64,000 nucleotides of DNA from Clostridia bacterium (GTDB lineage: Bacteria > Bacillota > Clostridia > Christensenellales > Aristaeellaceae): contig JAGAAC010000063.1 in assembly GCA_017615475.1 (NCBI GenBank), forward strand, positions 25,342 through 89,341, read 5' to 3'. This document shows positions 29,496 to 39,320 of the stretch, in pieces. Position 1 is the stretch's first letter. Every line of letters starts with the position of its first letter. The position numbers were made by a program, and so were the translations under genes. Below the pieces are notes generated by a model, which saw only the letters and a list, made by a program, of their open reading frames with translations, had not been told where the DNA came from and made no database searches.

Positions 29496-30611
29496 GTGTC
29501 GCGGAGCTTAACGGATTCCAGGTATGACTGCTGGCTGGCTTCAGCCTGCATGCCTTCAGGCATGGTCCGGAAGCTGCTGCTGGAGTTTGGCAGCCCGGAA
29601 GGCTGTTACCTGGCGTTACAAAAGCACGAAGAAGCCGTCTCACAGATTATCACACCGCGCTTTTACCGGATGCTTTCAGAAAGCGGACGGGAGGAAATCC
29701 TGCAAAAATACGGGAAAAAGCTGGAACAGCATTCCATCCGTTCCATTCTGTATACGGATCCGCTGTATCCGGAATCACTGAAAGATCTCAGCGATTCTCC
29801 TCCTGTTCTGTTTTACCAGGGGAACCTGGAATGTTCCGGCGGCAGAGCCCTTTGCATGGTCGGCAGCAGGGCGGCTTCCTATTCCGGCCAGAAGGCAGCC
29901 AGGAAACTGGCCGCCGATCTTGGAACGCAGGGAGTAACCATCATAAGCGGCATGGCCAGCGGCATTGATGCTGCTGCGCACCAGGGATGCATGGAAGGAA
30001 AAAGTCCGACTGTTGCGGTTCTCGGATGCGGACTGGATAAACCTTATCCGGCTGACAATATCCCTCTTCGGGATGAAATTCTCAAAAATGACGGCCTGAT
30101 ACTGAGTGAATACGCGCCGGGTGAGAAGGCTGCAGGATGGCATTTCCCCGTCAGAAACCGGATCATTGTCGGATTGAGCAGAGCGCTGATCCTGATGGAA
30201 GCGAGAATACGCAGCGGCAGTATGACCTCCGTTAATCATGCGCTGGAGCAGGGAAAAGATGTTTTTGTTTATCCCGGTGATCCCGCTTCCGAAAACTTTG
30301 AGGGAAATCACCAGCTGCTCCGGGAGGGCGGGATCTATTTCACAAGCGCCCGTGATATCCTGGAGGATATGCACTGGCTTGACAATCCTCCCGCTGTAAG
30401 GCACAATAGCGACTGTGCGCAGGAACAGATTACCCGCACACCTGAAGAGGAAAAGGTTATCAAAGCCTTGAAACCCGGATCCCTCAGCTTTGAACAGCTT
30501 CTCATCCATACAGAACTGAGTCCGTCCGTGCTGATGAGCACGCTGACAATACTTCAGATCCGTGGAGTGATTGAGGCTATGCCGGGTAAGCAATACAAGA
30601 TTAAGCAATAA
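29496..30611 (+). CDS. dprA: DNA-processing protein DprA (Smf)
   Basis: VGSR, ISGMASGIDAAAH, FPVRNRII, SGS, C-terminal winged helix; start codon uncertain. Confidence 0.93.
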   Translation: MSRSLTDSRYDCWLASACMPSGMVRKLLLEFGSPEGCYLALQKHEEAVSQIITPRFYRMLSESGREEILQKYGKKLEQHSIRSILYTDPLYPESLKDLSDSPPVLFYQGNLECSGGRALCMVGSRAASYSGQKAARKLAADLGTQGVTIISGMASGIDAAAHQGCMEGKSPTVAVLGCGLDKPYPADNIPLRDEILKNDGLILSEYAPGEKAAGWHFPVRNRIIVGLSRALILMEARIRSGSMTSVNHALEQGKDVFVYPGDPASENFEGNHQLLREGGIYFTSARDILEDMHWLDNPPAVRHNSDCAQEQITRTPEEEKVIKALKPGSLSFEQLLIHTELSPSVLMSTLTILQIRGVIEAMPGKQYKIKQ

Positions 30612-30634
30612 GCTGCTCCGAAGGAGAGATATTT

Positions 30635-32758
30635 ATGGCAACCACCAAGCAGAAACTGATCATCGTTGAGTCTCCCGCTAAGGCGAAGACTATCGGCAAA
30701 TACCTTGGCAAAGGATATAAGGTTGAAGCATCGCAGGGACATGTCTGCGACTTGCCGAAAAGCCAGCTGGGCGTGGATATCGATCATGATTTCGATCTGA
30801 AATATATCACGATCCGCGGACGCGGCGACATTCTCAGCCGGATACGCAAAGAAGCCAGGAACGCCTCCCAGGTTTATTTCGCGACAGACCCTGACCGCGA
30901 AGGAGAAGCCATCAGCTGGCATCTGTTCCATGTGCTCGGCGTGGATGAATCCGCTCCGTGCCGGATTGAATTCAACGAAGTCACCAAAAAGGCTGTCCAG
31001 GCTGCCATCAAAAAGCCCCGCAAGCTGGATATGGGACGGATTGATGCCCAGCAGGCCCGCCGTGCTTTGGACCGTCTTGTGGGTTATAAAATCAGTCCTC
31101 TGCTCTGGGTGAAAGTGAAAAAAGGCCTGTCCGCAGGCCGTGTGCAGAGCGTTGCCACCCGTATGGTTGTTGAACGGGAACGGGAGATTGATAATTTCAT
31201 TCCTGAAGAATACTGGGATATCAGTGCCGACTGTGCCGCAGGCGAAGAGAAAAAGCCTGTCAGTTTCACTGCCAAGTTTATGAGCCTGGACGGTAAAAAG
31301 TGCCCCGTATCCAGCAGGGAAGAAGCGGACCGGATCAAAGCGCTGATTGAAGCAGGCAGCTTCTCTGTTTCAGAGATCAGGAAAAAGGATAAAAAGCGGC
31401 AGCCTGCTCCGCCTTTCACCACTTCCAGCCTGCAGCAGGAAGCCGGACGAAAGCTCAGCTTTACCACCGCAAAAACCATGCAGGTCGTCCAGCAGCTGTA
31501 TGAAGGCGTGGACCTGGAAGGGGAAGGTGCCCAGGGTCTTGTAACCTATATCCGTACGGACAGCGTCCGGATCAGCGATGAAGCTATGGCCGCCCTGCGA
31601 GCATTTATTCCCGAGAAATACGGCAAAGAGTACCTGCCGAAGGAAAAGAATGAATTCAAGGGACGGAAAAACGCGCAGGACGCGCATGAGGCAATCCGTC
31701 CCACAGATGTGACCCGCACGCCGGATTCCATCAAAAGCTCCCTGACCCGGGAACAGTTCATGCTGTACCGGCTGATCTACAACCGTTATGTGGCCAGCCA
31801 GATGGCGCCTGCCGTTTACGAAACGCTTTCCGCTGAAATCACCGATAAAAGAATCGGCCTCCGTTTCTACGGTGAACACAAGATCTTTGCCGGTTTTACC
31901 GCCCTTTACGAGGAAGGTACGGACGAAGCAACGGACAGTGTGGAAATGACGCTTCCGGCTCTGAAGGAAGGGCAGAAGATCACGGTCAGAAAAATTATCA
32001 CAGATCAGCATTTTACCCAGCCGCCGAGCCGCTTTACAGAAGCGAGCCTGGTCCGCACGCTGGAAGAAAACGGCATCGGCAGGCCTTCCACCTACGCGCC
32101 GACCATAACAACCATTATCTCCCGCGGTTATGTTTCCAGGGAGAAAAAGCGTCTTTTCCCGACGGAGCTCGGCATCATGGTCACTGAAATGATGGAAAAG
32201 TATTTTTCCAGGATCGTGGACACTGAGTTTACCGCCATCATGGAAGAAAAGCTGGATGACGTGGAGGAAGGGAAGACGGACTGGAAGCAGATTCTCCGGG
32301 AATTCTACCCCGATTTCGTTGAAACCCTTTCCGTCGCGGAAAAGGAAATTGAAAAAGTGGAAGTCAAGGATGACGTCAGCGACGTGCCCTGTGACAAATG
32401 CGGCGCCATGATGGTCTACAAAATGGGCAAATTCGGCCGTTTCCTCGCATGTCCGAATTTCCCGGAATGCAGAAACACCATGCCGATCCTGAATTATATA
32501 GATGCTTCCTGTCCTGTGTGCGGGAAACGCCTGCTTGAAAAGACCAGCCGGAAGAACCGGAAATTCTACGGCTGTGAGGGGTATCCCGAATGTGACTTTG
32601 TCAGCTGGGACAAACCCGTCAATGAAAAGTGCCCCAAATGCGGACATTATATGATCGAAAAGAAAAACAATAAAGGAGAAACCCTGCATCTCTGTACCAA
32701 TGAAAACTGCCGGTACAAGAAAATAGCGGCCGGTGCTGAGGAAGAAGAAAATGAGTGA
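30635..32758 (+). CDS. topA: DNA topoisomerase I
   Basis: IVESPAKAKTI, ATDPDREGE, SAGRVQS, TYIRTDS catalytic Tyr, C4 zinc ribbons. Confidence 0.98.
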   Translation: MATTKQKLIIVESPAKAKTIGKYLGKGYKVEASQGHVCDLPKSQLGVDIDHDFDLKYITIRGRGDILSRIRKEARNASQVYFATDPDREGEAISWHLFHVLGVDESAPCRIEFNEVTKKAVQAAIKKPRKLDMGRIDAQQARRALDRLVGYKISPLLWVKVKKGLSAGRVQSVATRMVVEREREIDNFIPEEYWDISADCAAGEEKKPVSFTAKFMSLDGKKCPVSSREEADRIKALIEAGSFSVSEIRKKDKKRQPAPPFTTSSLQQEAGRKLSFTTAKTMQVVQQLYEGVDLEGEGAQGLVTYIRTDSVRISDEAMAALRAFIPEKYGKEYLPKEKNEFKGRKNAQDAHEAIRPTDVTRTPDSIKSSLTREQFMLYRLIYNRYVASQMAPAVYETLSAEITDKRIGLRFYGEHKIFAGFTALYEEGTDEATDSVEMTLPALKEGQKITVRKIITDQHFTQPPSRFTEASLVRTLEENGIGRPSTYAPTITTIISRGYVSREKKRLFPTELGIMVTEMMEKYFSRIVDTEFTAIMEEKLDDVEEGKTDWKQILREFYPDFVETLSVAEKEIEKVEVKDDVSDVPCDKCGAMMVYKMGKFGRFLACPNFPECRNTMPILNYIDASCPVCGKRLLEKTSRKNRKFYGCEGYPECDFVSWDKPVNEKCPKCGHYMIEKKNNKGETLHLCTNENCRYKKIAAGAEEEENE

Positions 32759-34076
32759 TCGTACAGCAACGGTCATCGGTGCCGGACTTGCAGGCTGTGA
32801 AGCAGCCTGGCAGCTTGCGCAGAAGGGAATCCATGTCAGACTGATCGAAATGAAGCCTGTCCGGATGTCACCGGCCCATCATTCCGACCAGCTGGCGGAG
32901 CTTGTCTGCTCCAACAGTTTCCGTGGCGACAGGCTGACCAACGCGGTCGGTCTTCTGAAAGAAGAAATGCGGATTCTCGGTTCCCTGATCATGCGATGCG
33001 CTGATGAAACCAGGGTTCCTGCAGGAGGCGCCCTCGCGGTGGACCGTGATTCCTTTTCACTGTATGTTACAAAAGCCGTCACGGAACATCCCTGCATTGA
33101 ACTGGTCAGGGAGGAAGCTGTCACCATTCCGGAAGGTCCGGTGATCATTGCCACCGGTCCGCTGACAAGCGACCGTTTCGCAGAGGTAATCATGTCCGTT
33201 CCAGGACTGTCCACCCTGAATTTTTATGATGCCGCTGCACCCATAGTCTTCCGGGAATCGCTGGATGAAAGCAGGCTTTTCCGGCTCAGCCGGTATGACA
33301 GGGGAAACGACTACCTGAACGCCCCTATGACAGAGGAACAGTATACTGTTTTTATCCGGGAACTGATCGCAGCAGAAACCGCGGAAATACACGGTTTTGA
33401 GGAAACCCGGGTTTTTGAGGGATGCATGCCGATCGAAAGCATGGCCAAACGCGGTTTCATGGTACCGGCTTTCGGCCCGATGAAACCCGTCGGTCTGAAA
33501 GATCCGCGGACAGGCAGGGAACCCTTTGCGGTTGTCCAGCTGCGCCAGGATAATGCTTCTGATACGATGTATAATCTCGTCGGATTCCAGACACGCCTCA
33601 AATTCGGTGAACAGAAACGTGTTTTCGGCCTGATTCCCGGGCTGGAGCATGCTGAATTCGCCCGCTACGGGGTCATGCACCGGAACACTTTCCTGAACAG
33701 CCCCGGATTCCTGAACCAGTCTTTTGAAATGCTCAGCAGAAAGCAGTGTTTCTTCGCCGGTCAGATCACCGGTGTTGAAGGATATGTTGAAAGCGCGGGA
33801 AGCGGCCTGGTAGCCGGTCTGACACTGGCTGCTGAGCTGAACGGCACCGAACTGCCTGTTTTCCCGTCTTTCACAGCTCTCGGAGCCATGGGAAAGCACG
33901 TTTCCACACCGAATCCCAACTTCCAGCCGATGAACTGCTCCTTCGGACTGATTGATCCCCTTCCTGTTGTTCCGGGTGAAAAGCGTCCGAAAAAGAAACA
34001 GGACAGGTATGAAGCAGTCGCGGAGAGGGCATTATCCTATATCCGATCCATCAGTTCACAGACAGGAGGGAATTGA
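32751..34076 (+). CDS. trmFO: Folate-dependent tRNA m5U54 methyltransferase
   Basis: [43 protein letters not shown]. Confidence 0.96.
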   Translation: MSDRTATVIGAGLAGCEAAWQLAQKGIHVRLIEMKPVRMSPAHHSDQLAELVCSNSFRGDRLTNAVGLLKEEMRILGSLIMRCADETRVPAGGALAVDRDSFSLYVTKAVTEHPCIELVREEAVTIPEGPVIIATGPLTSDRFAEVIMSVPGLSTLNFYDAAAPIVFRESLDESRLFRLSRYDRGNDYLNAPMTEEQYTVFIRELIAAETAEIHGFEETRVFEGCMPIESMAKRGFMVPAFGPMKPVGLKDPRTGREPFAVVQLRQDNASDTMYNLVGFQTRLKFGEQKRVFGLIPGLEHAEFARYGVMHRNTFLNSPGFLNQSFEMLSRKQCFFAGQITGVEGYVESAGSGLVAGLTLAAELNGTELPVFPSFTALGAMGKHVSTPNPNFQPMNCSFGLIDPLPVVPGEKRPKKKQDRYEAVAERALSYIRSISSQTGGN

Positions 34077-34078
34077 CA

Positions 34079-34618
34079 ATGTCCAGTCCTTTCAGAGGAA
34101 CCACCATCTGTGCCGTGAAACGCAACGGTGAAATCGCCATTGCCGGTGACGGCCAGGTCACAATGGGGGAGCATACCATTTTCAAAACCACCGCGCGTAA
34201 AGTTCGCCGCCTGTATAACGGAGAGGTTGTGGTAGGCTTTGCCGGCAGCGTGGCGGATGCTTTTACGCTGTGCGAAAAATTCGAGGAAAAACTGCAGCAA
34301 TGCGGCGGCAACCTGGAAAAAGCCGCTGTCGCCCTGGCGCAGAACTGGCGCGGCGACCAGATGATGCGTCAGCTTGAATCCATGATGATCGCGGCCAATA
34401 AGGAAAGACTGCTGATTCTCAGCGGAACCGGCGAGGTCATTGATCCCGATGAAGGAATCGCCGCCATCGGATCCGGCGGTAACTACGCTCTGGCAGCCGC
34501 ACGCGCGCTGCTCCAGAATACCGAGCTGAGCGCTTCGGAAATTGCTGAGAAAGCCCTGCATATCGCCGCAAGCATCTGTGTCTTTACCAATGATCACATT
34601 ATCGTTGAAACCGTATAA
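34079..34618 (+). CDS. hslV: ATP-dependent protease peptidase subunit HslV (ClpQ)
   Basis: [29 protein letters not shown]. Confidence 0.96.
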   Translation: MSSPFRGTTICAVKRNGEIAIAGDGQVTMGEHTIFKTTARKVRRLYNGEVVVGFAGSVADAFTLCEKFEEKLQQCGGNLEKAAVALAQNWRGDQMMRQLESMMIAANKERLLILSGTGEVIDPDEGIAAIGSGGNYALAAARALLQNTELSASEIAEKALHIAASICVFTNDHIIVETV

Positions 34619-34633
34619 AGGCAGGTGAATTCA

Positions 34634-36004
34634 ATGAGTGAACAGCTGACCCCCAGGCAGATTGTACACGAACTGGACCGCTTTATTATCGGCCAGGATG
34701 AAGCCAAGAAAGCAGTTGCCATCGCCCTGAGAAACCGTTACCGCCGCAGCCGGGTGGAAGGCGATCTCCGCGATGAGATTATCCCCAAGAACATCCTGAT
34801 GATCGGTCCGACCGGCGTGGGAAAAACAGAAATTGCCCGACGGCTGGCCAAACTGGTCAGCGCGCCTTTCATCAAGGTGGAAGCCACAAAATTTACCGAA
34901 GTCGGTTATGTGGGCCGTGACGTGGAAAGCATTATCAGAGATCTGACTGAAAACGCCGTACGAATGGTCCGCAGGGAGCATGAGGAGCGCGTGATGCCCC
35001 GCGCCCGGGTGATGGCTGAGGAGCGTTTAAGCGATATCCTGGCGCACGGTCCCCGGAAAAGCAGCGCCTCCAATCCCCTTGATTTCCTGCTGGGCAAGCA
35101 GAAAGAGCAGCAGCAGAGCGGGGAAGAGGTCGCCGCGCTGGCCAGGCGGAAAGAGGATATCCGCCAGCAGCTGATGCGGGGTGAAATAGAGGATACGGAA
35201 CTCGAGCTTGAAGTGGAGGATGAAGCGCCTACCCTCGAAGTCGGGGGAAGCAGCATCAGCCTCGGAGACATGATGGGCAACATGATGCCCAAGCGCACCA
35301 GAATGCGCCATGTGAAGGTAAGTGAAGCCCGGAAAATCCTGACGGACCAGGAGGCTGCCAAACTGATCGATAATGACGCTGTCCAGGAGGAAGCGGTTTA
35401 CAGGACAGAGCAGAACGGCATTGTATTTATCGATGAAATCGACAAAATTGCCAGCTCGTCCGGCGCCCACGGGCCTGATGTCAGCCGGGAAGGTGTACAG
35501 CGCGATATCCTGCCGATTGTGGAAGGATGCACCGTCAATACGAAATACGGCGCGGTGAAGACAGATTATATGCTGTTTATTGCCGCAGGTGCGTTCCATG
35601 TCAGCAAAATCACAGACCTGATTCCCGAGCTGCAGGGCCGGTTCCCTGTACATGTCAAACTGAAGAGCCTGACAAAGGAAGACTTCATGCAGATCATGAC
35701 GGTGCCCGAAAACGCGCTTACCAAGCAATACCAGGCTTTGCTGGCTGTGGACCGCGTGATGGTCACCTTTGAGGAAAGTGCTGTTTCCGCTGTGGCGGAA
35801 GCCGCCTGCAACGCCAATGAAAACGCAGAAGATATCGGCGCCCGCAGACTGCACGCCATTTTTGAGCAGCTTCTGGAGGACGTGCTGTTCAACGCAGGTG
35901 ATGAGAATATGCCGCCGTTTGAACTGAAAATTGACGCGGCGTATGTCAATGAAAGACTGAAGGGTGAAAACCGCCCGATGGATATCCGTAAGTTTATTCT
36001 TTAA
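34634..36004 (+). CDS. hslU: ATP-dependent protease ATPase subunit HslU (ClpY)
   Basis: GPTGVGKTE, GYVG pore loop, FIDEIDK, ELQGRFP, IGARRL. Confidence 0.97.
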   Translation: MSEQLTPRQIVHELDRFIIGQDEAKKAVAIALRNRYRRSRVEGDLRDEIIPKNILMIGPTGVGKTEIARRLAKLVSAPFIKVEATKFTEVGYVGRDVESIIRDLTENAVRMVRREHEERVMPRARVMAEERLSDILAHGPRKSSASNPLDFLLGKQKEQQQSGEEVAALARRKEDIRQQLMRGEIEDTELELEVEDEAPTLEVGGSSISLGDMMGNMMPKRTRMRHVKVSEARKILTDQEAAKLIDNDAVQEEAVYRTEQNGIVFIDEIDKIASSSGAHGPDVSREGVQRDILPIVEGCTVNTKYGAVKTDYMLFIAAGAFHVSKITDLIPELQGRFPVHVKLKSLTKEDFMQIMTVPENALTKQYQALLAVDRVMVTFEESAVSAVAEAACNANENAEDIGARRLHAIFEQLLEDVLFNAGDENMPPFELKIDAAYVNERLKGENRPMDIRKFIL

Positions 36005-36017
36005 TGCATAATGAATA

Positions 36018-36046
36018 CCGCCTGACGCTTTGCAGGCGGCTTTTTT
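36018..36046 (+). terminator. Intrinsic terminator after hslU, overlapping a probable proC promoter
   Basis: CCGCCTG...CAGGCGG stem plus T6; extended -10 TGtTATAAT immediately downstream. Confidence 0.65.
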
Positions 36047-36087
36047 CATGTTATAATCCATTCAAAACAGGCGGGGAGGATCTTTTT

Positions 36088-36900
36088 ATGATCAATACAA
36101 TCGGTATGATCGGCACAGGCAACATGGGGTCGGCTATCCTTCGCGGAATTGTCGAAGCAGACTACGTGAAGGCTTCTCAGATTATTGCATATGATACCAG
36201 CAGCCGCAGGATGAATGAACTGGCTGAAGATCTTCCCGGCATTATGATCGCTCGTGACTGCCTTGAGGTGGCGGAGAAAGCAGACCTGATCATCCTGGCC
36301 GTCAAGCCGATCTATGTAAAGGACGTTATAGATGAAATTCATTCCGGGCTGGACGGAAAAGCTGTTCTCAGCATTGCCGCCGGCTGGACGGTGAGCATGC
36401 TGGAAAATGCCCTCTACGGCACCACGGCTACCTATCTCAGGGTGATGCCGAACACACCGGCGCTCGTCGGGGAAGGCATGACAGCCATCTGCGACAACAC
36501 CACCTTTTCCAAGGAAGATTTCAATTATGCGAAAGGCATCTTTGATTCCGTCGGCAAGACCAAAGTCCTGCCCGAACGGCTTTTTGACGGCGTTGTGGCG
36601 GTCAGCGGAAGCAGCCCCGCCTATGTGTATATGATGATCGAAGCAATGGCTGACGCGGCCGTCAAAGAGGGAATTCCGCGGGTATACGCCTATGAAATGG
36701 CTGCCCAGAGCGTGCTTGGCAGCGCCCTGATGGTTCTTTCCTCCGGAACCCATCCGGCCGCCCTGAAAGACGCGGTCTGCTCACCCGGCGGCACCACCAT
36801 TGAAGCGGTGGAGGAACTGGAGCGCAAAGGCTTCCGGGCTGCCATTATGGACGCCATGGACGCCTGTGCCAGAAAGAGCCGTGAACTTTCCAAGGAATAA
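36088..36900 (+). CDS. proC: Pyrroline-5-carboxylate reductase
   Basis: IGTGNMG, AVKP, SIAAG, RVMPNTP, SGSSPAY, SPGGTT; GGGGAGG RBS. Confidence 0.96.
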   Translation: MINTIGMIGTGNMGSAILRGIVEADYVKASQIIAYDTSSRRMNELAEDLPGIMIARDCLEVAEKADLIILAVKPIYVKDVIDEIHSGLDGKAVLSIAAGWTVSMLENALYGTTATYLRVMPNTPALVGEGMTAICDNTTFSKEDFNYAKGIFDSVGKTKVLPERLFDGVVAVSGSSPAYVYMMIEAMADAAVKEGIPRVYAYEMAAQSVLGSALMVLSSGTHPAALKDAVCSPGGTTIEAVEELERKGFRAAIMDAMDACARKSRELSKE

Positions 36901-36920
36901 GGAAGAGGTAATAATCTCTC

Positions 36921-37403
36921 ATGGATGAAAACAGGAAAACAGTCAATATCTATACAGACGGCGCGTGCAGCGGCAATCCCGGTCCCGGCGGGTGGGCCGC
37001 CATCCTGGAATTCGGTCCGCACAGAAAAGAACTCAGCGGATATATGGCAGGAACAACCAACAACCGGATGGAGCTTTTCGCGGCAATCAGCGGACTTGGC
37101 GCCCTGAAGGAGCCCTGCAATGTAAAGCTTTATTCCGACAGCAACTACCTGGTACAGGCCTTTAATGACCACTGGATCGAAAACTGGAAGAAAAACGGCT
37201 GGAAAACCAGCAGCGGAGCCAAAGTGGAGAACCAGGACCTTTGGTTTATCCTTTCCGCGCAGGCATCCAAGCACAACATCACTTTTATCAAAGTCAAAGG
37301 GCACGCGGATCATCCTGAAAACAACCGGTGTGATGAACTGGCCCGGGCCGCCATTGACGAGTACAGAAGAATCAATACTGAACCTGCAGAAGAGCAGAAA
37401 TAA
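36921..37403 (+). CDS. rnhA: Ribonuclease HI
   Basis: YTDGACSGNPGPGG, TNNRMEL, DSNY, VKGH, NNRCDELA. Confidence 0.96.
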   Translation: MDENRKTVNIYTDGACSGNPGPGGWAAILEFGPHRKELSGYMAGTTNNRMELFAAISGLGALKEPCNVKLYSDSNYLVQAFNDHWIENWKKNGWKTSSGAKVENQDLWFILSAQASKHNITFIKVKGHADHPENNRCDELARAAIDEYRRINTEPAEEQK

Positions 37404-37436
37404 CTGTCCGCCCTTATGCCGGTTTTACGGAGAAAA

Positions 37437-37982
37437 ATGATGATCCTGCATGAAGGCAGACCGTCGGATCCTTCCGGAAGGCTTCCGCGGGAAATACGAA
37501 CCTATGATTTCCTGGACAGGCTTGATATCCCATATCAGCGGACTGATCATGAACGGGCAGATACCATGGAAGCCTGCAATGTCATCGATGCCGTACTGAA
37601 TGTAGTAATCTGCAAGAATCTTTTCCTATGCAACCGGCAGAAAACCGCATTTTACCTTCTGATGATGCCCGGCGGAAAGAGATTCAGGACCAGGGAGCTG
37701 TCCGCCCAGATCAATTCCTCCAGACTTTCCTTCGCGGGGGCGGAAGATATGCTGAAATACCTGGATATCGAACCGGGAGCAGTCAGCATCATGGGACTGA
37801 TGAACGACAGGGAACTCCGGGTCAGGCTGCTGATCGACGAGGAGATCCTGAAGGACGAGTACATCGGATGTCATCCCTGTGTCTGCACTTCCAGCCTGAA
37901 ACTGAGAACATCTGATATCCTCAATCGATTTCTGCCTGCCGTAGGTCATTCTTACAAAACAGTGCAACTGAAAGGGGAGTAA
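37437..37982 (+). CDS. YbaK/ProX (PrdX) aminoacyl-tRNA editing domain protein
   Basis: CKNLFL, RLSFA, PGAVS, HPC motifs. Confidence 0.88.
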   Translation: MMILHEGRPSDPSGRLPREIRTYDFLDRLDIPYQRTDHERADTMEACNVIDAVLNVVICKNLFLCNRQKTAFYLLMMPGGKRFRTRELSAQINSSRLSFAGAEDMLKYLDIEPGAVSIMGLMNDRELRVRLLIDEEILKDEYIGCHPCVCTSSLKLRTSDILNRFLPAVGHSYKTVQLKGE

Positions 37983-38069
37983 TAACCTCCTTTTTTCATT
38001 TACAGGTTATCAGAAACCGGAATTGTGTTTCAGTTCAGCGCAGGTAATATGCAGGCAGCAGAAAGACAG

Positions 38070-38098
38070 TTGACATCAGACCGTGCGGGTGATAAGAT
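38070..38098 (+). promoter_or_regulatory. Sigma-A promoter of the tyrosine recombinase
   Basis: TTGACA-17 bp-TAAGAT with TG extension. Confidence 0.75.
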
Positions 38099-38112
38099 AA
38101 ACACAGATATAT

Positions 38113-38146
38113 AACTATTCGCTAAACCACAGTTTTACGAATAGTT
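38113..38146. other. Candidate dif-like recombination site (11-6-11 inverted repeat)
   Basis: AAC-TATTCGCTAAA-CCACAG-TTTTACGAATA-GTT directly upstream of an Xer-type recombinase. Confidence 0.6.
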
Positions 38147-38182
38147 GGATACAGAGAATCCGCTCCGGGAGGGCTGTTTCTG

Positions 38183-39277
38183 ATGGCAGAAAGAACCAAT
38201 CGATACAGAGAAGAAATGGACGCGAAACGAATTCTGCAGATTCGTGATATCACCCGTGACCTTCCTCAGTCCTGCGGTGATTTTATCCGCTCCATCGCTA
38301 TATCCACCAGCACGCTCACCAGGCTCGCATATGCCATCGATCTGAACACATTTTTCACTTTTCTGCACAATGAACGGATCTCCTTTTCCGACAAGCCTCT
38401 CCGGTTCATGACGGATAAAGATCTCGAAAAACTGGACAGGACCGATATCATCGCCTACACCGAATACCTGACCTATTACCTGAAAAGTGAAGATGATGCT
38501 TCGGTACCTAACAAAGTGTATGTCAATCACGAGCTTGCCATTAAACGAAAACTATGTTCTATCCGCTCTTTTTATGATTATCTGTTTAAAAACCAGCGGA
38601 TATCCTCCAATGTCACGGAGCTTGTCCCCCTCCCCAAGATTCATGAAAAGCCCATCATCCGCCTGAATAAAGATGAAATGGTACGAATGCTGGACCAGGC
38701 GCAGAACGGTGACCAGCTGACAGATCATCAGCAGAAATACCAGAAGCTTACAGCCAGACGGGATTTTGCGATTCTTTCCCTGTTTCTTGGTACCGGAATC
38801 CGCGTCAGTGAGTGCGTTGGTATCAATATTGCCGATGTGGATCTGGAAAACAACGCTTTTATTGTTACACGCAAAGGCGGCAACCAGGTGGTGCTCTATT
38901 TTCCGCCGGAAGTGGCAGACGCGCTGGCCGAATACATGGAGGAACGATCCCGCATTGAAACTGTTGAAGGTCATGAGGACGCCCTTTTTCTGAGTCTTCA
39001 GCGCCGCAGGATTACCCAGCGTGCCGTTCAGAATCTGGTCAAAAAATATGCGGCCGTCGCTGCACCGCTGAAATCCAAAATCAGTCCCCATAAGCTCAGA
39101 AGTACCTACGCGACCAATTTATATAACGAAACCGGTGATATTTACCTGGTTGCCGATGTGCTCGGACACACATCCGTGGATACAACCAGAAAGCATTATG
39201 CCGATATGACAGACGCCCGCAGGAGAATGGCCGCGGAGCACGTCCATCTTCCCGGAGATCCGGATTTCCATCAGTAA
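38183..39277 (+). CDS. Tyrosine recombinase, XerC/XerS-like
   Basis: Full catalytic set: R (GIRVSE), K (RKGG), HxxR (HKLR), H (LGH), Y (TRKHY); 364 aa; no mobile-element neighbours. Confidence 0.9.
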   Translation: MAERTNRYREEMDAKRILQIRDITRDLPQSCGDFIRSIAISTSTLTRLAYAIDLNTFFTFLHNERISFSDKPLRFMTDKDLEKLDRTDIIAYTEYLTYYLKSEDDASVPNKVYVNHELAIKRKLCSIRSFYDYLFKNQRISSNVTELVPLPKIHEKPIIRLNKDEMVRMLDQAQNGDQLTDHQQKYQKLTARRDFAILSLFLGTGIRVSECVGINIADVDLENNAFIVTRKGGNQVVLYFPPEVADALAEYMEERSRIETVEGHEDALFLSLQRRRITQRAVQNLVKKYAAVAAPLKSKISPHKLRSTYATNLYNETGDIYLVADVLGHTSVDTTRKHYADMTDARRRMAAEHVHLPGDPDFHQ

Positions 39278-39280
39278 TGC

Positions 39281-39320
39281 AACAGCCCCGGTCCGTAAAA
39301 GGACTGGGGCTGTTTTTTTT
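39281..39320. terminator. Intrinsic terminator between convergent genes
   Basis: AACAGCCCCGGTCC-GTAAAA-GGACTGGGGCTGTT plus T run. Confidence 0.8.

Noticed and set aside
23430-30611. yraN-comM-dprA as a novel system
   Set aside because: A known, widely conserved natural-transformation/recombination gene cluster
38183-39277. Tyrosine recombinase as prophage or ICE integrase
   Set aside because: No adjacent tRNA, att direct repeats, excisionase, phage or conjugation genes, and no visible compositional break; flanks are housekeeping genes
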